Below are positions 1 through 6,503 of a stretch of 60,546 nucleotides of DNA, in pieces. The notes under the pieces are model-generated. The model did not search any database and was not told the origin of the DNA. It was given only the letters and a program-made list of their open reading frames with translations. Each line of letters opens with the position of its first letter. Positions within the stretch are counted from its first letter, which is position 1. Both the position numbers and the translations under genes were made by a program. Source of the DNA: an uncultured Pseudomonadales bacterium (GTDB taxonomy: Bacteria; Patescibacteriota; Microgenomatia; UBA1400; CAYXSR01); contig CAYXSR010000005.1 in assembly GCA_964467735.1 (NCBI GenBank), forward strand, positions 1-60,546. Direction: 5' to 3'.

Positions 1-198
1 ATTGGTGCTGGTATTGCCTTTCTGCTTATGGTTTGGGGTGTCTTTTTAATTATTACTAGCGCTGGCGATCCAGAAAAACTAAACGAAGGTAAGGAAATTA
101 TGGTTTCTGCTGGTGCAGGACTTTTATTTATCATTTTCTCTGTCTTTATCCTCGAGTTAATTGGTGTTAGAATATTAAAGATACCAGGCTTAACTTAA
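1..198 (+). CDS. TrbC/VirB2-like (T4SS_pilin family) pilin, 5'-truncated by window edge
   Basis: Frame 1 is open to TAA at 196-198: IGAGIAFLLMVWGVFLIITSAGDPEKLNEGKEIMVSAGAGLLFIIFS. Same TM-[TSxGxPEK]-TM pattern as the neighbouring pilins. Not in the ORF track. Confidence 0.8.
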   Translation: MGAGIAFLLMVWGVFLIITSAGDPEKLNEGKEIMVSAGAGLLFIIFSVFILELIGVRILKIPGLT

Positions 199-199
199 A

Positions 200-511
200 A
201 TGTCTTTTTATATTACTTTTCCAGGCGGTTTCCAGGTTGAAAATCCTCAAGGCTTTGCTTTCAATAATGCGGGGTTCGGAGAAATTTTATCTCAAGTTTT
301 AAAGTTGGCTTTTCCTTTTGCTGGTTTAATTTTATTTTTTATCCTAATCAGTGGCGGTTTTCAACTTTTAACTTCAGCCGGTAATCCAGAGGCAATGGAG
401 AAGGCTAAAAAAAAGATTACTAATGCCGTTATTGGGTTTTTTATTATCTTTTTAAGTTATTGGATACTTCAAATTCTGGAAGCTGTTTTTGGTATAAAAA
501 CTTTTCAATAA
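200..511 (+). CDS. TrbC/VirB2-like pilin
   Basis: Two hydrophobic helices flanking GGFQLLTSAGNPEAMEKAKKKITNAVIG. Confidence 0.8.
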   Translation: MSFYITFPGGFQVENPQGFAFNNAGFGEILSQVLKLAFPFAGLILFFILISGGFQLLTSAGNPEAMEKAKKKITNAVIGFFIIFLSYWILQILEAVFGIKTFQ

Positions 512-514
512 ACC

Positions 515-1195
515 TTACTTACCAAAGTTTCTTTGTCTATCGTCATACTCTGTTAGAGCTTTATCAAATTTTTTGACCGTAAATCCTGGAAAAAAAGTCT
601 TTGTAAAATAAAATTCACTATATTCACTTTGCCAAGGCAGAAAACCAGACATTCTTTGAGCTCCACCAGTTCGAATAATTAAGTCTGGATCAGGCATAGC
701 GGCCGTATCTAAATATTTAGAAAATTCATCAATAGTAATTCGTTTTTTACCTTCTTTTAGAACTTTGTTAATTGCTCGAGTAATTTCGTCTCGACCACCA
801 TAATTTAAAGCAAATGTCGCCATAACTTTTTTATTCTGTTTGCTTTCTTTCTTCCATTTTTCTAAAAGCTCAACGACGTCTTTTGGTAATCTCGAAAGCT
901 CACCAATAGTATTGACTCTAATTCCATCTTTAATATATTGATCCATTTTTTCTTCCAATCCCCCCCTGACGATGTCAAAAAGCATTTGAGCAAATTTTTC
1001 GCCTCTTTTCCAATTTTCCGTTGACCAACACCAAAAAGTCAGATAAGGAATCTTCAATTCCAAAGCATGATAAATTAAATCTTTAAAAACTTTGTAAACT
1101 GCTCTTTTATGTCCCTCTGTCTGATCTAAGCCTCGGGCCTTAGCCCAGCGTCGATTACCATCAACGATAAAAGCAACGTGTTTTGGTATTTTCAT
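515..1195 (-). CDS. uppS: Undecaprenyl diphosphate synthase (cis-prenyltransferase)
   Basis: Motifs HVAFIVDGNRRWAK, LNYGGRDEI and DLIIRTGG..R.SGFLPWQSEYSE. Start placed at 1195 (MKIPKH) behind SD AGGAG rather than at 1219. Confidence 0.95.
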   Translation of the reverse strand: MKIPKHVAFIVDGNRRWAKARGLDQTEGHKRAVYKVFKDLIYHALELKIPYLTFWCWSTENWKRGEKFAQMLFDIVRGGLEEKMDQYIKDGIRVNTIGELSRLPKDVVELLEKWKKESKQNKKVMATFALNYGGRDEITRAINKVLKEGKKRITIDEFSKYLDTAAMPDPDLIIRTGGAQRMSGFLPWQSEYSEFYFTKTFFPGFTVKKFDKALTEYDDRQRNFGK

Positions 1196-1240
1196 AACAC
1201 TCCTTTCTTTTTCCCGCATATTTAACGCATTTTTCCCGCA

Positions 1241-2038
1241 CTACCATTCAATTCTTGTCCCTAATACTTTTTTTCCAACAATCGCATCAGATAGGGTTCC
1301 CTGTTCTATCCCATCAATAATTAAAGCTGGTATGCCTTTTTCAGCCATTGATAAGGATTCTTTCACTTTATGCATCATTCCACCTGTAACATCGACTCCT
1401 GCTGATCCGTGTAAAATCTTCTGGTAATTTTTAAAATTATCTTTATTAATCAAGGGAATTGTTTTTCCATCTAAATCGTAAACTCCATTTGTTTGACCAC
1501 AATGAATAATCTTCTCTATCTTGAATCCTTCTTTCATTAATTTTTCTCCTATATAACCCAAAACTCTCTCCGTAGAAAAAATAGTTCCTCCGTAATGAGT
1601 GTCAATGATTACATCACCGTAAACCACGGGCAAAATCCCCATTGTTAATAATTTCTTTAAAGGCGCTAGAAAAATTTTCTCTAATTTAAAATTATTGCTT
1701 AAGAAAGAAGAGAAAGGACTTAAAGAAACCGCTGGTAATTTAATTTTAATGAGTTCTGAAATTACAATTCTATTAAGATGACAAGCAGCTTCACAAACTT
1801 CAGCCATTCCCAAGATTTCTTTCTTCGTCCTAACCCCATTAATTGTGTCATATTTCTTTGCTGGTAAATGACCAAAAGAACCGGCGCCATGACCAATAAT
1901 TAAAAGTTTGTCGGTCAAATCAAACGCTTTTTTAACCTCTTTTGCAATGATTTCTAGGGCTTTTTTTCTCAAAGTAAATGGTTTGTTTTTATCGGTAATT
2001 AGCGAACCTCCGATTTTTATTAGAATAATTGGTTTCAT
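1241..2038 (-). CDS. ipk: Isopentenyl phosphate kinase (amino-acid-kinase fold, archaeal type)
   Basis: Motifs KIGGSLITDK, HGAGSFGH, PVVYGDV, STE and DVTGGM.HKV. GGGAGG SD upstream. Confidence 0.88.
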   Translation of the reverse strand: MKPIILIKIGGSLITDKNKPFTLRKKALEIIAKEVKKAFDLTDKLLIIGHGAGSFGHLPAKKYDTINGVRTKKEILGMAEVCEAACHLNRIVISELIKIKLPAVSLSPFSSFLSNNFKLEKIFLAPLKKLLTMGILPVVYGDVIIDTHYGGTIFSTERVLGYIGEKLMKEGFKIEKIIHCGQTNGVYDLDGKTIPLINKDNFKNYQKILHGSAGVDVTGGMMHKVKESLSMAEKGIPALIIDGIEQGTLSDAIVGKKVLGTRIEW

Positions 2039-2121
2039 AACTTATAACCTCCCCCCAACAACATATCTTTCTTTTCCAAGATTTCTCTTAATGATAGATC
2101 AAAAATTCTTTTTACTTCCAT
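2035..2121 (-). other. 28-codon micro-ORF or gene remnant between idi and ipk (MEVKRIFDLSLREILEKKDMLLGGGYKL)
   Basis: ATG lies 13 nt after the idi stop, and its TGA overlaps the ipk ATG (ATGA). Confidence 0.35.
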
Positions 2122-2134
2122 TTTTATTCTCTAA

Positions 2135-2656
2135 TTAGTTTAGTTTCCCTAATTTTTCTAACTGTTTAATTTCTTTTTTAAACCACGGTGTGTATTTTTC
2201 TGGGTTATTTAAAATGTCTTTTTTTAATTCAGCTATTTTAATCCATCGGTAATCATTTACTTCTTGAGGGTTAGACTTTACTTGCCCATCGTAGTTGCCC
2301 AACAAAACATAGCAAATTTCATTCTCGGAGCCTATTTTTTTATATTCTGCTCGATAATAAAACTTGTAAATATGTTTCAGGTTAGTAGTAAAACCTAACT
2401 CCTCCTGTAGTCTTCTTTTAGCTGTCGCCAATATTTGTTCTCCTTTTCGAGGATGACTACAACAACTATTGGACCAAAATAGTGGCCATAATGGTTTATA
2501 TCTACTTCTCTGTTGAAACAATAATTCTCCTCTTTTATTAAAAATAAAAATTGAAAAAGCCCTATGTAAAAAACCTTTTAAAGAATGACATCTGGATTTT
2601 TCTTCAAAGCCTGTGATTTTATCGTTTTTATTAACTAATATTAAATAATTCTGCAT
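2135..2656 (-). CDS. idi: Type 1 isopentenyl-diphosphate delta-isomerase (Nudix fold)
   Basis: Motifs HRAFSIFIFN, WSNSCCSHP, ENEICYV and YTPWF. Confidence 0.93.
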   Translation of the reverse strand: MQNYLILVNKNDKITGFEEKSRCHSLKGFLHRAFSIFIFNKRGELLFQQRSRYKPLWPLFWSNSCCSHPRKGEQILATAKRRLQEELGFTTNLKHIYKFYYRAEYKKIGSENEICYVLLGNYDGQVKSNPQEVNDYRWIKIAELKKDILNNPEKYTPWFKKEIKQLEKLGKLN

Positions 2657-2877
2657 TAAAATAATCCTTCCATAATCATTGATAACTCCATAGTTATTAA
2701 ATTATCTTTTATTTGCTCTATCATCCCATGGGCATGCTCTAATGATGGGTTTGTTTTTATTTCCATTATTTGTGCCCAAGTTAAACCTCCAATATCTTCT
2801 AGAGATAAATCAGTTCTTAAACCTAAAAACGCATCCTCTAATCTCCACCATCGAGCTGCATTATCACTTTCTCTCAT
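2656..2877 (-). CDS. Hypothetical protein, first gene of the idi-ipk-uppS operon
   Basis: 73 aa; stop overlaps the idi start by 1 nt (TAATG). No recognisable motif. Confidence 0.55.
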   Translation of the reverse strand: MRESDNAARWWRLEDAFLGLRTDLSLEDIGGLTWAQIMEIKTNPSLEHAHGMIEQIKDNLITMELSMIMEGLF

Positions 2878-2896
2878 CTATATGAAACACAAATCA

Positions 2897-2924
2897 CAAT
2901 ACAATCTATGCTAAAATTGTATTG
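2897..2924. promoter_or_regulatory. Perfect 9-bp inverted repeat (CAATACAAT-N10-ATTGTATTG), operator-like
   Basis: Arms at 2897-2905 and 2916-2924, just upstream of the isoprenoid operon. Confidence 0.4.
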
Positions 2925-2951
2925 CAACTTTAAGCCTCCAGCTTTAAGTTG

Positions 2952-3317
2952 TTAGTCCCGTCTTTTTGGCGGGACTAAAATTTTTATTAACCAATAACCC
3001 AAATAAACAAATAATCCCAAGGCAATTAACAAAAAAAAGATTAACAATGATCTTGCTAAAAATCCCCATTCTTTTGGGGCTTTAATCAAAATCCTTAAAC
3101 CAGTAATAAAAACAAAACCAAAAGTAAAAAAATAGAAAGGTAAACCAAAAATTAAAAGTTCTTGCGATCGATCTTTTTCTAATATAATCTCTTTTAAGGT
3201 TTTAAACGGATGGAAAATTAAACCAAAAAGATTACGACTAAAAAGGTAGCTCTCCTTGATCGTCAGAAGAATCGAATATTTGCCAATTTTCATTAAAAAA
3301 GTTTTTATCTTTTGCAT
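2952..3317 (-). CDS. Small multi-pass membrane protein downstream of the ECF sigma (possible anti-sigma)
   Basis: 121 aa with 2-3 hydrophobic segments; overlaps the 3' end of the sigma gene. Confidence 0.65.
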   Translation of the reverse strand: MQKIKTFLMKIGKYSILLTIKESYLFSRNLFGLIFHPFKTLKEIILEKDRSQELLIFGLPFYFFTFGFVFITGLRILIKAPKEWGFLARSLLIFFLLIALGLFVYLGYWLIKILVPPKRRD

Positions 3318-3858
3318 TTAACTGTTTTGAATATTGTTTTTGAAAAGCAACTCGCGCTCTGAATAAAAGCGATTCTGTTGACTTAATGCTTTTACCTAAA
3401 ATATCAGCAATTTCTTTTACTGTTTTCTCTTCTATATACTTTAGTCGTAAAATTCGACAATATCCTTCGGATAAACTCTTAAAAGTTCTTAAGATTCTGC
3501 TTTTTATTTCTTTTTCCTGAAGAGCTAATTCTGGACTCAACGCCTTAGAAACTAATTTTTCCAAAAAGGGAAATTTAGAAAAGACAATCGTTTTTATTTT
3601 CTTTTTACGATAAAAGTCGCAAATTTCATGCCTAGTTATTGAACACAACCAGGTATAAAGTGAACTTTTAGCGGAAAAATTAGGTAAAGATAAAAAGGCA
3701 GAAGTAAAAACATCTTGAAGAATTTCTTCACTGTCCTGAAGATTCCCTACTTTTTTTTTAATAAAACCTAAAAGTTTTGCTTGATATTTTCTATAAAAAA
3801 TCCTGTGCGCTTTTTTATTACCGATTAAAATTTGATTAATTAATTTTTCTTCCTTCAT
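3238..3858 (-). CDS. ECF (sigma-70 group 4) RNA polymerase sigma factor
   Basis: Region 2: EEILQDVF and SSLYTWLCSITRHEICDFYRK. Region 4: LRLKYIEEKTVKEIADILGKSIKSTESLLFRAR. Confidence 0.92.
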   Translation of the reverse strand: MKEEKLINQILIGNKKAHRIFYRKYQAKLLGFIKKKVGNLQDSEEILQDVFTSAFLSLPNFSAKSSLYTWLCSITRHEICDFYRKKKIKTIVFSKFPFLEKLVSKALSPELALQEKEIKSRILRTFKSLSEGYCRILRLKYIEEKTVKEIADILGKSIKSTESLLFRARVAFQKQYSKQLNAKDKNFFNENWQIFDSSDDQGELPF

Positions 3859-3883
3859 TCTTTCTCTTCCTATATAGGCTTTT

Positions 3884-3892
3884 ATTATACCA
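3884..3892 (-). promoter_or_regulatory. Extended -10 promoter (TGgTATAAT) for the ECF sigma gene
   Basis: Reverse complement of attatacca, ~25 nt upstream of the ATG. Confidence 0.55.
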
Positions 3893-3948
3893 AAATGAAA
3901 ATTTATATCCTACCTCGTATGATTATATTGTTGTTTAAATCTTTCTGA

Positions 3949-3957
3949 TGATATAAT
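3949..3957 (+). promoter_or_regulatory. Extended -10 promoter (TGaTATAAT) for the pilin array, near-leaderless
   Basis: Lies 9 nt before ATG 3967; no SD. Confidence 0.6.
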
Positions 3958-3966
3958 ATTGTTCAA

Positions 3967-4296
3967 ATGTCTAAAAAACTAGCAATAAATATAGGTGAAG
4001 CTTTTAAGTTTGGTAACCAAGGAATTAGTCAAAAATCAGGTTACGAAAATGTTGGTTCCTTTATCTCTAAAATTCTTCCCAATATTTATGTGGTAGCTGG
4101 CCTTATTCTTCTTTTTTTGCTCATTGGTGGAGGCTTTGCTATAATATCTGGTGCGGGTAATCCAGAAAAACAATCTCAAGGAAGTAAGGCAATTACAGCC
4201 GCAATTGTAGGATTTATAATAATTTTTGCATCCTTTTGGATTATCCAGATAATTGAACAAATTACCGGAATAAAGATTTTTAATCCGGGAGTATAA
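3967..4296 (+). CDS. TrbC/VirB2-like pilin
   Basis: GGGFAIISGAGNPEKQSQGSKAITAAIVG between two TM helices. Confidence 0.8.
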   Translation: MSKKLAINIGEAFKFGNQGISQKSGYENVGSFISKILPNIYVVAGLILLFLLIGGGFAIISGAGNPEKQSQGSKAITAAIVGFIIIFASFWIIQIIEQITGIKIFNPGV

Positions 4297-4297
4297 A

Positions 4298-4642
4298 ATG
4301 GCTGACATTTTTGGACCAATTACTAACCCTCTCTCTCAAAGTTATGGTGACTTTGATGCTCCTGGGGGAGGCATTGTTAAGTTTCTTAATAATATTTTAA
4401 AAACGCTTACTGTAGCTGCTGGTATTTGGTTTCTCATAAATGTAATTCTGGCTGCTTTCGACTTTATCTCAAGCAGTGGTGAATCTGACAAGATAAGCAA
4501 GGCTTGGAGTAAAATTTGGTATTCTTTAATTGGTCTGGTGGTCATTATTATTTCCTTTGCGGTTGCGGCAATTTTGGGTTGGATTCTATTCAAAGATCCA
4601 AAAGCAATTCTACAACCAAAAATTTATGGTCCAGGAATATAA
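4298..4642 (+). CDS. TrbC/VirB2-like pilin
   Basis: AAFDFISSSGESDKISKAWSKIWYSLIGL between two TM helices. Confidence 0.78.
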   Translation: MADIFGPITNPLSQSYGDFDAPGGGIVKFLNNILKTLTVAAGIWFLINVILAAFDFISSSGESDKISKAWSKIWYSLIGLVVIIISFAVAAILGWILFKDPKAILQPKIYGPGI

Positions 4643-4643
4643 A

Positions 4644-5042
4644 ATGCAAAAAAAATCTTTAAAAATCTCTCATTTTCTACCAATTATGCTCCTTGCTCAA
4701 GGAAAACCTCTTGGTGGAACCTTAGAAGGAATCCCAGGGGCTTATAATCCTGATTTATCCGATCAAGGAACTGGCGCTTTAACGAAGATTTTTTCTAACA
4801 CCCTTGGTGTTTTTACAATTGTAGCGGGATTGATGTTTATACTCAACTTTATCCTTGGTGGTTTAAGTTGGTTAACAGCCAGTGGTAAATCTGATCAAGT
4901 AGAAAAAGCTAAAAAAAAGATGACTGATGCGGCAATTGGTTTGATCATTGTCGTTGCTGCTTACTCAATTGCCTTTATTATTGGAGAAATTCTTGGATTT
5001 AAAATTCTTGATCCAGGAAAATATATTAAAAATCTGTGGTAA
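4644..5042 (+). CDS. TrbC/VirB2-like pilin
   Basis: GGLSWLTASGKSDQVEKAKKKMTDAAIGL. True start is likely ATG 4644 (1 nt after the previous stop), not 4530. Confidence 0.8.
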   Translation: MQKKSLKISHFLPIMLLAQGKPLGGTLEGIPGAYNPDLSDQGTGALTKIFSNTLGVFTIVAGLMFILNFILGGLSWLTASGKSDQVEKAKKKMTDAAIGLIIVVAAYSIAFIIGEILGFKILDPGKYIKNLW

Positions 5043-5045
5043 AAA

Positions 5046-5387
5046 ATGAAACAAGTCTTTGCTCAAATTGAAAATCCAGTTTTAAAAGATGTTGGTGAAG
5101 GAACAGTAAAAGATATTGAGAGTGGTCCTTTAGTTCCTCTTTTTGTCCGTTTATGGCGTACTGCTGTTGTTTTGGGTGGTGTCGCCTTGCTTCTTTTTTT
5201 TGTCTGGGGAGCAATTGATTGGCTTATGAGTGAAGGTAATCCAGAAAAATTAAAATCAGCTAAAAATAAAATTGTCCATGCGGTCATTGGTATGGCCTTG
5301 TTGGCGGCATCATTTGCAATTGCTAAATTAGCAGAAACAATTTTTGGCTTTGATATCCTAAATATCATTTGGCCAACACCAAAATAA
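5046..5387 (+). CDS. TrbC/VirB2-like pilin
   Basis: WGAIDWLMSEGNPEKLKSAKNKIVHAVIG. Confidence 0.8.
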   Translation: MKQVFAQIENPVLKDVGEGTVKDIESGPLVPLFVRLWRTAVVLGGVALLLFFVWGAIDWLMSEGNPEKLKSAKNKIVHAVIGMALLAASFAIAKLAETIFGFDILNIIWPTPK

Positions 5388-5391
5388 ATAT

Positions 5392-5718
5392 ATGGCAGTC
5401 TCTAGTAATTTTCGATCATTTATTGAAAAAAACAAAATATTTGAAATAACTAATGTTGGTAGCATGGTTTCGGCGATTGTCAAACTAGCTTTAGGGGTAG
5501 GAACAATTCTTACTCTTGCCTATCTTATTTGGGGAGCAATTGATTGGATAACTTCTAGTGGTGATAAGTCTCAATATGAAGAGGCCAGAGACAAGATTAC
5601 TCATGCTATTATTGGTCTAACAATTCTCGCTTGTAGTTGGGCTATTTGGCAATTACTATTAAAGTTTTTTGGTTTAGGTAAGGGTGGTTCAACAGTCGAA
5701 ATTGATTTGCAATCTTAA
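5392..5718 (+). CDS. TrbC/VirB2-like pilin
   Basis: WGAIDWITSSGDKSQYEEARDKITHAIIGL. Confidence 0.82.
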   Translation: MAVSSNFRSFIEKNKIFEITNVGSMVSAIVKLALGVGTILTLAYLIWGAIDWITSSGDKSQYEEARDKITHAIIGLTILACSWAIWQLLLKFFGLGKGGSTVEIDLQS

Positions 5719-5725
5719 AATTGCC

Positions 5726-5798
5726 TTGACTTAAAATAAAAAAAACTTGTAATATCAGGTATTAATTGTTAAAAAATTTTAATTTAAAAAGGAGGTGA
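5726..5798 (+). promoter_or_regulatory. Sigma70-type promoter (TTGACT-N18-TAATAT) plus perfect SD AAGGAGGTGA for pilin 5803
   Basis: -35 at 5726-5731, -10 at 5750-5755, SD at 5789-5798. Confidence 0.55.
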
Positions 5799-5802
5799 CA
5801 AC

Positions 5803-6135
5803 ATGAAATTCGTCCAGCGCGTTTTGGCGGCTGACATCAGTATTCCCGGACCACAAAAAGGTGTTCCAGAAGGAAAAATCGGTGATTTTATTAGTAATGC
5901 TATCAGCTTAGTTTTAGGTGTGGCTGGTTTGTTAACTTTTGTTTATCTAATCTGGGGCGGTATTCAATGGATCACCTCCGGCGGAGACAAAACCCAATAT
6001 GAAGAGGCCAGAAATAAGATTACGGCGGCCTTAATTGGTTTGGCAATTGTTGCGGCTGCTTGGGCAGTAATGCAACTAGTGGCTAAATTCTTTGGTGTTA
6101 GTGTAAAAGAAATTGATATTCCTGCTATCAGGTAA
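5803..6135 (+). CDS. TrbC/VirB2-like pilin, candidate major pilin
   Basis: WGGIQWITSGGDKTQYEEARNKITAALIGL; has its own promoter and the strongest SD in the window. Confidence 0.85.
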   Translation: MKFVQRVLAADISIPGPQKGVPEGKIGDFISNAISLVLGVAGLLTFVYLIWGGIQWITSGGDKTQYEEARNKITAALIGLAIVAAAWAVMQLVAKFFGVSVKEIDIPAIR

Positions 6136-6148
6136 ATAAAATAAGAAA

Positions 6149-6460
6149 ATGGCATTAATACTTGATCAGTGGACTACAACAGCTGATGAACCAGCTCGTT
6201 TTAAAGACTTAGAAGTAATCTTTAAAAATATTTTAGCTTTGGTTGTCCCACTTGCCGGGACAGCTATTTTTGTGATGATTCTCATCGGCGGTTTTCAGTT
6301 TTTAACCGCCGGTGATAATCCGGAACAGGTGAAAAAAGCTAAAGGAACTTTAACGGCAGCTATTCTAGGTCTGTTTCTCTTAGTAGCTGTTTGGTTTATT
6401 TTCTTAATCATCCAAAAGTTTACTGGTGTTAGTGTAACCGAAGTTGAATTACCCGATTAG
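6149..6460 (+). CDS. TrbC/VirB2-like pilin
   Basis: GGFQFLTAGDNPEQVKKAKGTLTAAILGL. Confidence 0.82.
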   Translation: MALILDQWTTTADEPARFKDLEVIFKNILALVVPLAGTAIFVMILIGGFQFLTAGDNPEQVKKAKGTLTAAILGLFLLVAVWFIFLIIQKFTGVSVTEVELPD

Positions 6461-6463
6461 GAC

Positions 6464-6492
6464 TTGTACTAGGACTTTTTTTATCTTAAAAT
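6464..6492 (+). promoter_or_regulatory. Sigma70-type promoter TTGTAC-N17-TAAAAT for the VirB6-like gene
   Basis: -35 at 6464-6469, -10 at 6487-6492, 11 nt before the ATG. Confidence 0.45.
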
Positions 6493-6503
6493 AGATTTAT
6501 AAA

